Part shown: in pieces, positions 1 to 8,471 of the stretch | How positions within the stretch are numbered: the first letter of the stretch is position 1 | How the letters are laid out: every line of letters starts with the position of its first letter | Source of the DNA: a virus | Taxonomy: Duplodnaviria > Caudoviricetes | Virus record (IMG/VR): IMGVR_UViG_3300012665_000278 | Coordinates: 1-40,328 of that record | Reading direction: 5' to 3' (one strand) | Length of the DNA stretch: 40,328 bases | Program-made: the position numbers and the translations under genes | Notes under the pieces: model-generated | Seen by the model: only the letters and a program-made list of their open reading frames with translations | Databases searched by the model: none | What the model was told of the DNA's origin: nothing

Positions 1-155
1 ACATGAACGGTACATTACGTAGTTGGATTCACTTTATTGAATTGCGTAGTGCTAATGGTACACAAAAAGAACATCAAGAAGTAGCTAAGATGTGTGCTAC
101 GGTAATTGCCCAAGCATTTCCTATGGCAAGCGAATTTGTTCAAACTGACTCTTAA
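1..155 (+). CDS. thyX: Flavin-dependent thymidylate synthase ThyX, C-terminal fragment (5' end outside window)
   Basis: My translation from nt 3 gives MNGTLRSWIHFIELRSANGTQKEHQEVAKMCATVIAQAFPMASEFVQTDS*, with TAA at 153-155. NGTLRSWIHFIELR..NGTQKEH matches the ThyX C-terminal motif. Not in the ORF track. Confidence 0.9.
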   Translation, partial: MNGTLRSWIHFIELRSANGTQKEHQEVAKMCATVIAQAFPMASEFVQTDS

Positions 156-792
156 GCCAATCAAAATCGTTGATTAAAGACAATGCCGGATTATTTCCGG
201 CATTTTCACATCCGTACTTGTTTCCAGCGAGTGCGCCTGAATAGGCATAATAGCCATATGGCACAGCATCGTTAATTGTACACCATTGATGTAATCTAGA
301 CAACGACTCTGGATTATTAATAACTGCTAACTTACAACATTCTCTAAATGCACTACGCCATGCGCTAAAAGGATCAGTATTAAATGCGGTAATGTTACTG
401 AGTTCTTCTACAACTTTAAACTGGTTACTAATGTTCATAGTCATGTCAGTAGTAGTTGTATCCATGTTTATTGTCAGTTGTCTTGGCAATAACTTAACGC
501 CGCCATAACCATATTCTAAACCATTAACAGGATTTTTACTTCTCCAAACATGTACAGTGTTTAAATTATATTCGTCTACAATATAACTAAAATCAAACGA
601 GTCAACAATAATAGCATCGCCGTCTACAACCCAAAACATTTTTGTAAAACATTTTTTGGCGGCGGCTATATGAGCATTGTGAATGCCTTTAATTCCATGT
701 ATGCGTTTAGCTAAAGGAAATCGAGATTTTAGCTTTGAAAAATTTTCATCCGCATTAGGTTCATTATAACTGATAAAAATAATATCGTACAT
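121..792 (-). CDS. GT-A-fold glycosyltransferase-like protein (pair A, copy 2)
   Basis: 223 aa. N-terminal DIIFISYNEP beta-strand and hydrophobic strand plus DxD (FWVVDGD), then YGYGGVKL and AWRSAFRE. Clear paralog of 792..1691, coupled to it by a TAATG overlap at 792. Confidence 0.7.
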   Translation of the reverse strand: MYDIIFISYNEPNADENFSKLKSRFPLAKRIHGIKGIHNAHIAAAKKCFTKMFWVVDGDAIIVDSFDFSYIVDEYNLNTVHVWRSKNPVNGLEYGYGGVKLLPRQLTINMDTTTTDMTMNISNQFKVVEELSNITAFNTDPFSAWRSAFRECCKLAVINNPESLSRLHQWCTINDAVPYGYYAYSGALAGNKYGCENAGNNPALSLINDFDWLKSQFEQIRLP

Positions 793-1691
793 TATCGTTT
801 GCGTATAATTCTTGGGGTATTATTATAGACTGTTTTAAAAAATCTACTAGCATCCGGGTCTAAATCAACAACGTCAATTTTAGATTTTTCTCTAAGTTCT
901 TTGCCATAAAATTTACACTGATCTATAGCAACATCATCTGCTTGATCTGCATGATGCTCGTTCCAGTAGGTAGTGAGATAATCAAAGTCACGAACATTAG
1001 CATAGTCCCAATCTGTACAATTGGTAAGGTATGCTCCTTCTCGGGCGCCTAATACAGACCAAAAACCATTTTCAACATCAGCACCAATATTACACCAAAT
1101 TAGTAATCGATGAAAGTTTTGCCACCAAATCTTTTTAAGGTCGCCAACTTTAGCACCTTGGTCCAGTGACATCTTTACACCCTCACGGAATCCGGCTCTC
1201 CATGCTTGAAATGGATTTCCGTTAGTAAAGCTCTCACTATAATTATCGTTAAATTGGTAATATCTATCATCAAAGCAAAACTCAACTTTTCCCTTAACAT
1301 CATTAGGATCTGAGTTTTCATGTGTACGCATATTGTTAACAAATTCTCGTGTCCACAATTTTAAACCACCGTTACCATACATTAATCCGTTAACATGAAC
1401 TTTGCCGCACCAACTAAAAACATTGTCGCTAGATAGTCCTAACGCATCCAAATCAATTTCAACTTCTTGGAATGACGGGTCTACAATGTTATCAGCATCT
1501 ACTGTAACAAAGTACTCAGTATCACTTAACGCGGCGCAGGCCTTGTGAGCTGAATCACTGCCCTTAACACCGTGTACTCTTTTTGCCCAAGGAAATTTTC
1601 CTAATAAATCTGCGTAATTTTTTTCTGCGTTAGGTTCGTCATAACTTAGAAAAATAATATCCTGGTCTATAATTTTAATTTTATTATTCAT
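792..1691 (-). CDS. GT-A-fold glycosyltransferase-like protein (pair A, copy 1)
   Basis: 299 aa. DIIFLSYDEPNA, YFVTVDAD (DxD), YGNGGLKL and AWRAGFRE align motif by motif with 121..792. Confidence 0.7.
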   Translation of the reverse strand: MNNKIKIIDQDIIFLSYDEPNAEKNYADLLGKFPWAKRVHGVKGSDSAHKACAALSDTEYFVTVDADNIVDPSFQEVEIDLDALGLSSDNVFSWCGKVHVNGLMYGNGGLKLWTREFVNNMRTHENSDPNDVKGKVEFCFDDRYYQFNDNYSESFTNGNPFQAWRAGFREGVKMSLDQGAKVGDLKKIWWQNFHRLLIWCNIGADVENGFWSVLGAREGAYLTNCTDWDYANVRDFDYLTTYWNEHHADQADDVAIDQCKFYGKELREKSKIDVVDLDPDASRFFKTVYNNTPRIIRKR

Positions 1692-2259
1692 GTGTTACCT
1701 TTAATCCGTATGATTTAAACACAAGTTTTGAACTGATAGAAATCTTATCAATTTTATGTTCTAACGAAGTTGTAAACGGAATCTTAATACTGCTACTGTC
1801 TAATAACTGTTGTAAATCAATGTATATTGTCCTAACTAAAAAGTCAAGATCACTTTCTAATGTTACAAAAAACACCAGTTTTGATGTTAGTATGTAATCT
1901 TTATATGTGTTCTTAACAGCGTCTGTTAGTGATACATTCCATGTTTTTAAAGGACCGTTCCACTCAACAATACATTCAGCGTGAGGATTTTCTGATATCC
2001 ATTCAAACACATTATTCTTAAATGTATATCCTTCATTGCCTACTGGAATAACTGCTAAGACTGTAGTATTATCAGCAAGACGTTTGTGTCCAACTACATA
2101 GTCTTTAAAATCTTGGGCGCCGGTTAATAAGCCTTCAATATCAGAAAATTCAACTTCGATGCCGTGTTCAAATACAGAACTTTTTTCATTAGTTGCTGAT
2201 AAAATTGCGCCAGTTTTTTTATTGTAGTATACATAATACTTAGGTAATTTAGTTGCCAT
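1684..2259 (-). CDS. Hypothetical protein inside the glycosyltransferase cassette
   Basis: 191-aa ORF overlapping both neighbours by 8 and 11 bp, with a GGAG SD upstream. Beta-rich, no catalytic motif recognised. Confidence 0.75.
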   Translation of the reverse strand: MATKLPKYYVYYNKKTGAILSATNEKSSVFEHGIEVEFSDIEGLLTGAQDFKDYVVGHKRLADNTTVLAVIPVGNEGYTFKNNVFEWISENPHAECIVEWNGPLKTWNVSLTDAVKNTYKDYILTSKLVFFVTLESDLDFLVRTIYIDLQQLLDSSSIKIPFTTSLEHKIDKISISSKLVFKSYGLKVTHE

Positions 2260-3091
2260 TATTCAACTCCTCTAACCGCTGTATTATCTTCTTAGATAAA
2301 AAACTTTTTTCAGTATAGTGAAATAACTTACTTTGTTTTATGTTGCCTACAATTAATTCGCCTTTAGTATTCAATACATAAGATACACTGTCTTGCCAAT
2401 TAGTTGTAGGCAAATCCCAACCTTGTATAAATGATTTCATATGTACAAATGCTAACGGACTACACTGATGAATAATTTCATCTTCAAGTCCAGATAATTT
2501 AATTGCAATTGCTGTTGCTAAATCCATGCTTAGGACGTTTTGATAATTATTAGGGGCAAATTTATCGTAACACCATTCCCAGTTATTACACACAAACTCT
2601 AATGTTTTGTAAAACTCGTATGATGTTTGATTCTTTTTAAAATAGTGTAGGGCACAATACGGCCCAGGTAGACTATTTGAAATAAATGCTTTTCTATATA
2701 CAGTATCCGTTACAGATTCAAGTTTATGATTAGTTATTTGAGAACAATATGTGAGGTTATAAGGTTTACAAAAATCCCACCAACTTGATATATCTTCTAA
2801 CATGATCATATCACTATCTAGTACTATAGTTTCTTCGTACGGTGTTACATGATACAATTTCCATCGATGCTCGGCAGCATATCTTGTTGAGGTATTTGTA
2901 TCAACCCAAGGTATTGGAATTATATTATCAAAGACTTTTTGATATTTTTTAGGAACAATATCATTAGTAACTAAGGTCACATTCTTATGAGTGTGTTGGC
3001 TAAATTTAATACTCAGTGCTAGAGCATAGGCCTGCTGAACATAGTTAACACTATTAGTGTTTTGAGCGAATATTAAAAATCCCTTAGACAA
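2249..3091 (-). CDS. GT-A-fold (GT8/GT71-like) glycosyltransferase-like protein (pair B, copy 2)
   Basis: 280 aa, TTG start with GGAGAG SD. KGFLIFAQN, VTPYEETIVLDSDM (DxD), SMDLATAIA and a late FVHMK His motif. Paralog of 3084..3929. Confidence 0.7.
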   Translation of the reverse strand: MSKGFLIFAQNTNSVNYVQQAYALALSIKFSQHTHKNVTLVTNDIVPKKYQKVFDNIIPIPWVDTNTSTRYAAEHRWKLYHVTPYEETIVLDSDMIMLEDISSWWDFCKPYNLTYCSQITNHKLESVTDTVYRKAFISNSLPGPYCALHYFKKNQTSYEFYKTLEFVCNNWEWCYDKFAPNNYQNVLSMDLATAIAIKLSGLEDEIIHQCSPLAFVHMKSFIQGWDLPTTNWQDSVSYVLNTKGELIVGNIKQSKLFHYTEKSFLSKKIIQRLEELNNGN

Positions 3092-3929
3092 GTTGCTCTC
3101 CTTCTAACACACGAAGCAGGCTGATCTTATTCATAACATGTACGTCAATGCCTGATGTTTTTACTGCTAGATATTGTCCAAGGTGGCTCTGTTTCTCTAC
3201 GAGAAATTTAAACTTATCATCTTTCATCTCAATTAAAATATCTCGATCTTGAATGTATGTCATAGTACCCGGTAACGGTGTAGCAAATTGGCCGTTTGTT
3301 TTACCGTTCATAATGTGTATAGCAATACTAAAAGCATAGTCATTACGATATGTTGCTGAATCGATGCCGTATAAAATTTTAAAATAATTCCAGTTTGCTT
3401 TAATATACGTAATTAAATCAAAGAAAGCGGCAGTTACTTTATTTTTTTCAAACACAAAAACAGTTGCCCAGTAAAACGGAATAGAGTAAGAATTTAATCG
3501 TTGGAAACACGCAGTATCTCTCCAGCCTGCTAGATCAAAGCTATTTTGATAAATTTGAAAATCGGCATCTACTTCAAACGCAGACTTTAGTATTGAAGAA
3601 CTTAAAATATAATCGCTATCAACTACTAGTGTTCGATCATACGGTGTTAAATCATAAGCACGATTTCTTGATAAATTTTTCCACTCTAATTTTTTACTAG
3701 CCATTGTTCCGTCATAAAATAATTTTTGAGTAGACGGTTCTGATTGGATTTCAATAATTTTATCAAAGGGGTGTAGGTGAAAGTTTTCATCAAGCCACTT
3801 GCGATTGTCAGTTACAATACTAACTGGAATATTTAAAAACTTTTTAATTCTCGTTGCAGCAAATACTGCTAATCTAGTGTAGTCAATACTAGCATTATTA
3901 TGAGCAAAAATTAATGCGCCGTTGCTCAT
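3084..3929 (-). CDS. GT-A-fold (GT8/GT71-like) glycosyltransferase-like protein (pair B, copy 1)
   Basis: 281 aa. NGALIFAHN, LTPYDRTLVVDSDY (DxD), RNDYAFSIA and VHVMNK. ATGA overlap with the upstream ORF. Confidence 0.7.
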   Translation of the reverse strand: MSNGALIFAHNNASIDYTRLAVFAATRIKKFLNIPVSIVTDNRKWLDENFHLHPFDKIIEIQSEPSTQKLFYDGTMASKKLEWKNLSRNRAYDLTPYDRTLVVDSDYILSSSILKSAFEVDADFQIYQNSFDLAGWRDTACFQRLNSYSIPFYWATVFVFEKNKVTAAFFDLITYIKANWNYFKILYGIDSATYRNDYAFSIAIHIMNGKTNGQFATPLPGTMTYIQDRDILIEMKDDKFKFLVEKQSHLGQYLAVKTSGIDVHVMNKISLLRVLEGEQLV

Positions 3930-4276
3930 AGGCCAGTCATATCCTCAATTTTTCTTTTAGATTTAATTTCAGCAAATTTAACAGAATAATCGTTAATGGC
4001 TTGAAAGTAGCTGTCTACAATATTATTGTAAAACGATTGTACGTCAGTAATTAAAATTGGAAAGTTATTAGAATCAATAAACGGAACATCAGAGTTGTGT
4101 CCCATTTCTAATACGTTTTTTGTAAAGTTAATTAAGGAATAATCAATTTTAAAAGTACCACCATTAGTGTAGTATATTAATTTTTGATTAAATTCTTCTA
4201 AGATTATTCTGCGTTGATTTGATAAGGTTGCCATGTAATTAGCAACTTCAAACGCTTGTTCAATTCGTTCGTCCAT
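3926..4276 (-). CDS. Hypothetical protein, first gene of the cassette; possibly like a tail-fibre chaperone (DUF4376-like)
   Basis: 116 aa with GGAG SD. Pattern is helix, NGGTFKID, helix, FIDSNNFPILI, long C-terminal helix. The chaperone resemblance is by eye only. Confidence 0.6.
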   Translation of the reverse strand: MDERIEQAFEVANYMATLSNQRRIILEEFNQKLIYYTNGGTFKIDYSLINFTKNVLEMGHNSDVPFIDSNNFPILITDVQSFYNNIVDSYFQAINDYSVKFAEIKSKRKIEDMTGL

Positions 4277-4296
4277 AGATAACTCCGTAATGTACT

Positions 4297-4325
4297 ATTA
4301 TACACTACAGTAGTTATCTGGTCAA
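4297..4325 (-). promoter_or_regulatory. Sigma70-type promoter for the glycosyltransferase cassette
   Basis: Minus strand reads TTGACC (4325-4320), a 17-bp spacer, then TATAAT (4302-4297), about 20 nt before the ATG at 4276. The spacer contains GATAACTA (4318-4311), one mismatch from the late motif GATAAATA. Confidence 0.75.
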
Positions 4326-4335
4326 TACTTTTGAG

Positions 4336-5223
4336 TTAAACGATTCCGGACGAAGTAGCTGCCGGTGTTGCTACAGTAACCGATCCTGATGATCGATATA
4401 CTTTTACGTCACTAGTTAATGTACCTGTAACGTCTTCGTCAATGTCCCATGGAGGATTTGGAGCTGGCGCAGATGTTGCGTCATCACGGAATTGAATTTC
4501 AAATACTAGCTGACTAGTGCTTGGCGCACGAGCATAGATTCTATATGAGTTCGGAACATAACCTGTTGATACAGTTTTTTCGTATACTAGTTGGTTAGTA
4601 GTTGTTAGATCATACCAACCAATACTTGTTCCTGATCCGCCACCAGTAGGTGTTGTAGTATCATAGTTAAAGTATACAGTACCAATTCCTGATAAGTTAG
4701 AAACCCAAGATTGGTCTTTTGGTGAGCTAGATGTGTTTGTTAAACTAGCACTAAATTCAAATCGACTGCCGGTGTTAAAAAAGAATCGAGCGGCGTCTGC
4801 GCTGGCAAAGTTAATAGTAACTGTTTGTACTCTAACACCGTTCCAGCTGGCAGTTCTTACAATACTTCCAAAGCTAAGAAATTCGCGAGTTGCTTCAGTA
4901 ACTGGTGGAGCAACTAGTCTATTAGTAGTAGCAGTATCAGCACCTAGCATATATGCCGCACGGGTTGCTTCTGTAACTTTTACGTTTGTAGCAGGCTGAG
5001 TCAATACTGGATCAGTTCCAGTTTGGTGTTTTAAGCACTTAACTAAATCAGTTCTTAAATTGTTCCACTGCGCAACAGATATAATAGCATTTGTAGCAAC
5101 TTGGCTACTAGATACAGTTTGTCCGTATCCAAAGGTTGCGGAACCAGAGCCTAATACGGTGGCAATCTTTGTTTGAATTGCGTTGTAATCTGTTACTAAT
5201 ATTAATGTATCTTGACCGGCCAT
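4336..5223 (-). CDS. Putative virion structural protein (Ser/Thr-rich, beta-rich C-terminal domain)
   Basis: 295 aa, last gene of the fibre cluster, with its own late-type motif and GAGG SD. N-terminal DYNAIQ..IATVLG.G...GYGQ and QWNNLRTDL segments. Confidence 0.6.
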   Translation of the reverse strand: MAGQDTLILVTDYNAIQTKIATVLGSGSATFGYGQTVSSSQVATNAIISVAQWNNLRTDLVKCLKHQTGTDPVLTQPATNVKVTEATRAAYMLGADTATTNRLVAPPVTEATREFLSFGSIVRTASWNGVRVQTVTINFASADAARFFFNTGSRFEFSASLTNTSSSPKDQSWVSNLSGIGTVYFNYDTTTPTGGGSGTSIGWYDLTTTNQLVYEKTVSTGYVPNSYRIYARAPSTSQLVFEIQFRDDATSAPAPNPPWDIDEDVTGTLTSDVKVYRSSGSVTVATPAATSSGIV

Positions 5224-5244
5224 GTGTTATCCTCGTTTCGTTTC

Positions 5245-5252
5245 TATTTAGT
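5245..5252 (-). promoter_or_regulatory. T4-late-like promoter motif ACTAAATA
   Basis: Lies in the 31-bp gap upstream of 4336..5223. The TAAATA core recurs in other intergenic gaps and resembles the T4 gp55 consensus TATAAATA. Confidence 0.6.
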
Positions 5253-5254
5253 AA

Positions 5255-6727
5255 TTAAAGAATTACACATTCAACTAATTTGATGTTAACATCATCACTA
5301 GATTCTAACGCAATGGCAAATACATCAGCGTTGTTACCAACAGTTGCTTGAGCAGTACCGTTTGTTCCTGCTACTAAACGTTGGCCTTTCTTTACGTGCC
5401 CAACAACTTTAACTGGAATACGTCCTTTAAGAGCAACTACTGTGCCGCCTTCTAATTCGTCATTCATTAAGTAAGCTGGGTTTGCACTAACTGCGCCAAT
5501 CGCTCTATAACCAACTTGTGCAGCAGTTACTTCTTTGTCGCCGCCGATCATTAATACTGTACCAACATCGTATTCAGCATCAGCTAGATATTTTTCCGCC
5601 AAGTCGGCGTAGTTAGCTGATGTAGCCGTTCCGTGGAATACATTGGCAAATACATCACTATCAGCATCTCTAGCAACTATAGTGTCTGGACTCGATGAAA
5701 CTGATGCGTTTAAAAAACTTGTTCCTAACTGTAAAGAGCTTGATTTTGTAGCAGTACCACTAAATGTAACAGCGTGAACTGTTTTATATCTTAAAGAATT
5801 AGTACCAATATCAGATTCGTTATCGTAACCCGGAATAATATCTGGGCCAATTAACTTCATAGGAATTGATTCTGTACGGATAGATCCTTTAGTAATGAAT
5901 ACTATTGTATCGTTGAACCCGTTTTGAATTGTAGGAGTTGTATTACTTGCGTTAAACACACGTAATTTAGGTACTGTACCAACAGTATAACCAGCGTCAG
6001 AGAAACTAACTAGTTGTCCAAATCCTGCGTTATCTGCTTTTACAAACTGGTCAGCACCAAAGCCACCTAGTCTGTCAGCGTTAGTAGCTGTTCCCCAGAA
6101 TCTAAATCCTGTTTGAGTTTCACCTGGGAATGTTGGATTGTTAGTATTCTTTAATGTAATACCTTGTTGGATTGTTGTAAACCCTTCAATTGCGCTAGTA
6201 GCACTGTCTAAAGTAAATACAGCATCTGGACTAATAATAAAAATAGTTTGACCGTTAACGATTGCTTCAATAACTGCGTGAGTATTACTGTTAGTGTCTC
6301 GAACACTCTTTGAACGCATTTGCGTAGTTTGAGACCCAGCAACACCCTGTGGGCCAATAAGTGTGAAATCAGCACCATTCCAAGAATATAACTGTTTGTT
6401 TACAGTATCAAACCAGAAATCACCAGTTGTTAAACCTGAAGGTCTAGATCCCCCAACTTCAGCGCCACCTGTTGTACGGAATTTTGAACCATCATAAAAT
6501 TTTAACTTACTAGTACCGCTGTCATACCACATTTGACCTGCGATAGCTTTAGGCGGAGGATTAGCGTTAGAAAAGTTTTCTAGCAAATATAGAAAGTTTT
6601 CGTTTTGAATTTCACCGTATCCGGCGTAATTCTTACCGATCATTTTAAGATCAGTAGTTGTGTCAATAGTACCGTCAGCAACTGTAGTTACAACTGCTCC
6701 GTTATATCTGTTAATGGTGTATGGCAT
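5255..6727 (-). CDS. Tail fibre/spike protein with C-terminal peptidase G2-like intramolecular chaperone
   Basis: 490 aa. Shared N-terminal anchor (GKNYAGYGE..ENFLYLLENF..GQMWYD). C-terminal ADLAEKY...GAVSANPAYLMN...VALKGRIPVKVVG resembles the phi29 gp12-type autocleaving chaperone. Confidence 0.75.
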   Translation of the reverse strand: MPYTINRYNGAVVTTVADGTIDTTTDLKMIGKNYAGYGEIQNENFLYLLENFSNANPPPKAIAGQMWYDSGTSKLKFYDGSKFRTTGGAEVGGSRPSGLTTGDFWFDTVNKQLYSWNGADFTLIGPQGVAGSQTTQMRSKSVRDTNSNTHAVIEAIVNGQTIFIISPDAVFTLDSATSAIEGFTTIQQGITLKNTNNPTFPGETQTGFRFWGTATNADRLGGFGADQFVKADNAGFGQLVSFSDAGYTVGTVPKLRVFNASNTTPTIQNGFNDTIVFITKGSIRTESIPMKLIGPDIIPGYDNESDIGTNSLRYKTVHAVTFSGTATKSSSLQLGTSFLNASVSSSPDTIVARDADSDVFANVFHGTATSANYADLAEKYLADAEYDVGTVLMIGGDKEVTAAQVGYRAIGAVSANPAYLMNDELEGGTVVALKGRIPVKVVGHVKKGQRLVAGTNGTAQATVGNNADVFAIALESSDDVNIKLVECVIL

Positions 6728-6750
6728 TTTCCGTTATTCCTTAGTCCTAG

Positions 6751-6758
6751 TATTTATT
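6751..6758 (-). promoter_or_regulatory. T4-late-like promoter motif AATAAATA
   Basis: Intergenic, 23 nt upstream of the ATG at 6727, followed by an AAGGA SD. Confidence 0.6.
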
Positions 6759-6788
6759 CTAATTTGGCTAGTAATCGCAACCTAGATC

Positions 6789-8471
6789 TTACAAATCAGC
6801 CTGGAAAATCCAAGCGCCACTGACTAGGGCAAACTTCTTAGCAGTCCCAGTATCAACACCCCAAATTCTACAGATTGTACCTTCTCTATGTTCATCATCT
6901 ACAACACTTGCCGGATAAATTTTGTTAATAATTGTTGCAGCAATAGTAGCATCATCGAGACCGCTAATATTTGCTGATAACCCTAATCCTACTGTTTTTG
7001 CGGTATTTAGAAGTGTTTGTTTGTTTACTGCGTCTGTTAAGTCTACTGGGTCTTGTAAGCTCGAGATACGTGACATGCTTACATCTACAGTACCGTCAGT
7101 TTCAGGACTCTTAGGTACCAAATATATAGTACCTGTACCCTGTGTGCTGTTAACATAACTAATTGTGTTAGCATTAATATAAATGTCGTCAACTTGTAAA
7201 CTTGTTAATGTTCCAACACTTTCTAAGTTTGGAGCATAGTATGAATATACACTCAACGCATCTAAAAGAGGACTACCGTTAATACTGTAAGATTTTCCAG
7301 TTATTAAATCAAGATTTTCAGTACTAGTCCAAGCAGTAGTTGCCTTAGTCCAAGTAAACAACTTATCAGATGACTGGTCTAAACTAGCAATTAATCGGAT
7401 TCCGCCGCCGGCTGCTGAGTCATCGTCAGGAGCATCAGTTTTAGCCAGTTCAATCTGCGCATCTTCAATTGCTAAGTTAGTGGTGTTAATAGTAGTTGTG
7501 GCGCCTTCAACTAACAAATCACCACGGATTCTAGTATTACCGTTAATATCTAGCGTATCAGTAGCTGGGGATAAGTCTGTAGTAAAAATACCAATGCGTT
7601 CGTTTTCAGCGTCGATTGTTAAAGCAGTTGATGGCCCGTTACCATTTAAAATATTAATTTTAAAATCTTGATTAATAATGTTTGAATTAAACTGTATATC
7701 ATCAGTACTGATTTTAATTTCATTATTTTGATTAACGCCTAACACTAACGGAGTAGTATTGGCAATTGTTACTGTTCCGTAAGCTCGTGTGTTGTCAGTG
7801 CTTGATAAGAAACTACTAGCTGTTTTAAGAACGTTGCCGTCTCCAACTAACGCATCAGCTTGTGTTACTGGGACTTTAAATTTGATCCCCGAATATGAGC
7901 CAACGTTGAATCCGATTTCAATATTGCCAGTGTGGCCAGCAATTGGATTCAACGGTGTGAAAGATTCTTTAGCAAAAATACCCATCAGTGTTTGGGCAAC
8001 ATATAACAAGACTACTGTGTGATTAATACTGTTGTTATCAAGAACATCAATTGCTTGTAATCCACTAATACCTTGTTGCTGTGTATATATAGGACCAGCT
8101 AATAAAGTAGTTACACCGTCATTGAAGTACATCTGTTGACGATAACTGTCGATCCAAATATCACCTTGAGCAATAGTTGATGGCACTGCTGGTGCTACAA
8201 TAGTACCGCCTGACACTTTAAATCCAGTGCCGTCATAAACCTTTAATCGTGCTTCACTTGTATCATACCACAACTGTCCTTGAATTGGATAGTTTGGCAT
8301 TGAAGTGTTAGCAAAATTTTCTAATATTTTAATAAAATTTTCATTAAACACTTCACCGTATGAGCTAGCATTTTTACCAACTAAGGTAACGTCTGATGAC
8401 GTTTGATCAATTGTACCGTCAACTACTTCTGTTAAAACAGTCCCGTTAGTTTTGTTAATAATGTAACTCAT
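6789..8471 (-). CDS. Tail fibre protein (paralog family)
   Basis: 560 aa. Same N-terminal anchor (GKNASSYGE..ENFIKILENF..GQLWYD), plus trimeric fibre-type motifs GDLLVEGATTTINTTNLAIED and LQDPVDLTDAVNKQ. Confidence 0.75.
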   Translation of the reverse strand: MSYIINKTNGTVLTEVVDGTIDQTSSDVTLVGKNASSYGEVFNENFIKILENFANTSMPNYPIQGQLWYDTSEARLKVYDGTGFKVSGGTIVAPAVPSTIAQGDIWIDSYRQQMYFNDGVTTLLAGPIYTQQQGISGLQAIDVLDNNSINHTVVLLYVAQTLMGIFAKESFTPLNPIAGHTGNIEIGFNVGSYSGIKFKVPVTQADALVGDGNVLKTASSFLSSTDNTRAYGTVTIANTTPLVLGVNQNNEIKISTDDIQFNSNIINQDFKINILNGNGPSTALTIDAENERIGIFTTDLSPATDTLDINGNTRIRGDLLVEGATTTINTTNLAIEDAQIELAKTDAPDDDSAAGGGIRLIASLDQSSDKLFTWTKATTAWTSTENLDLITGKSYSINGSPLLDALSVYSYYAPNLESVGTLTSLQVDDIYINANTISYVNSTQGTGTIYLVPKSPETDGTVDVSMSRISSLQDPVDLTDAVNKQTLLNTAKTVGLGLSANISGLDDATIAATIINKIYPASVVDDEHREGTICRIWGVDTGTAKKFALVSGAWIFQADL

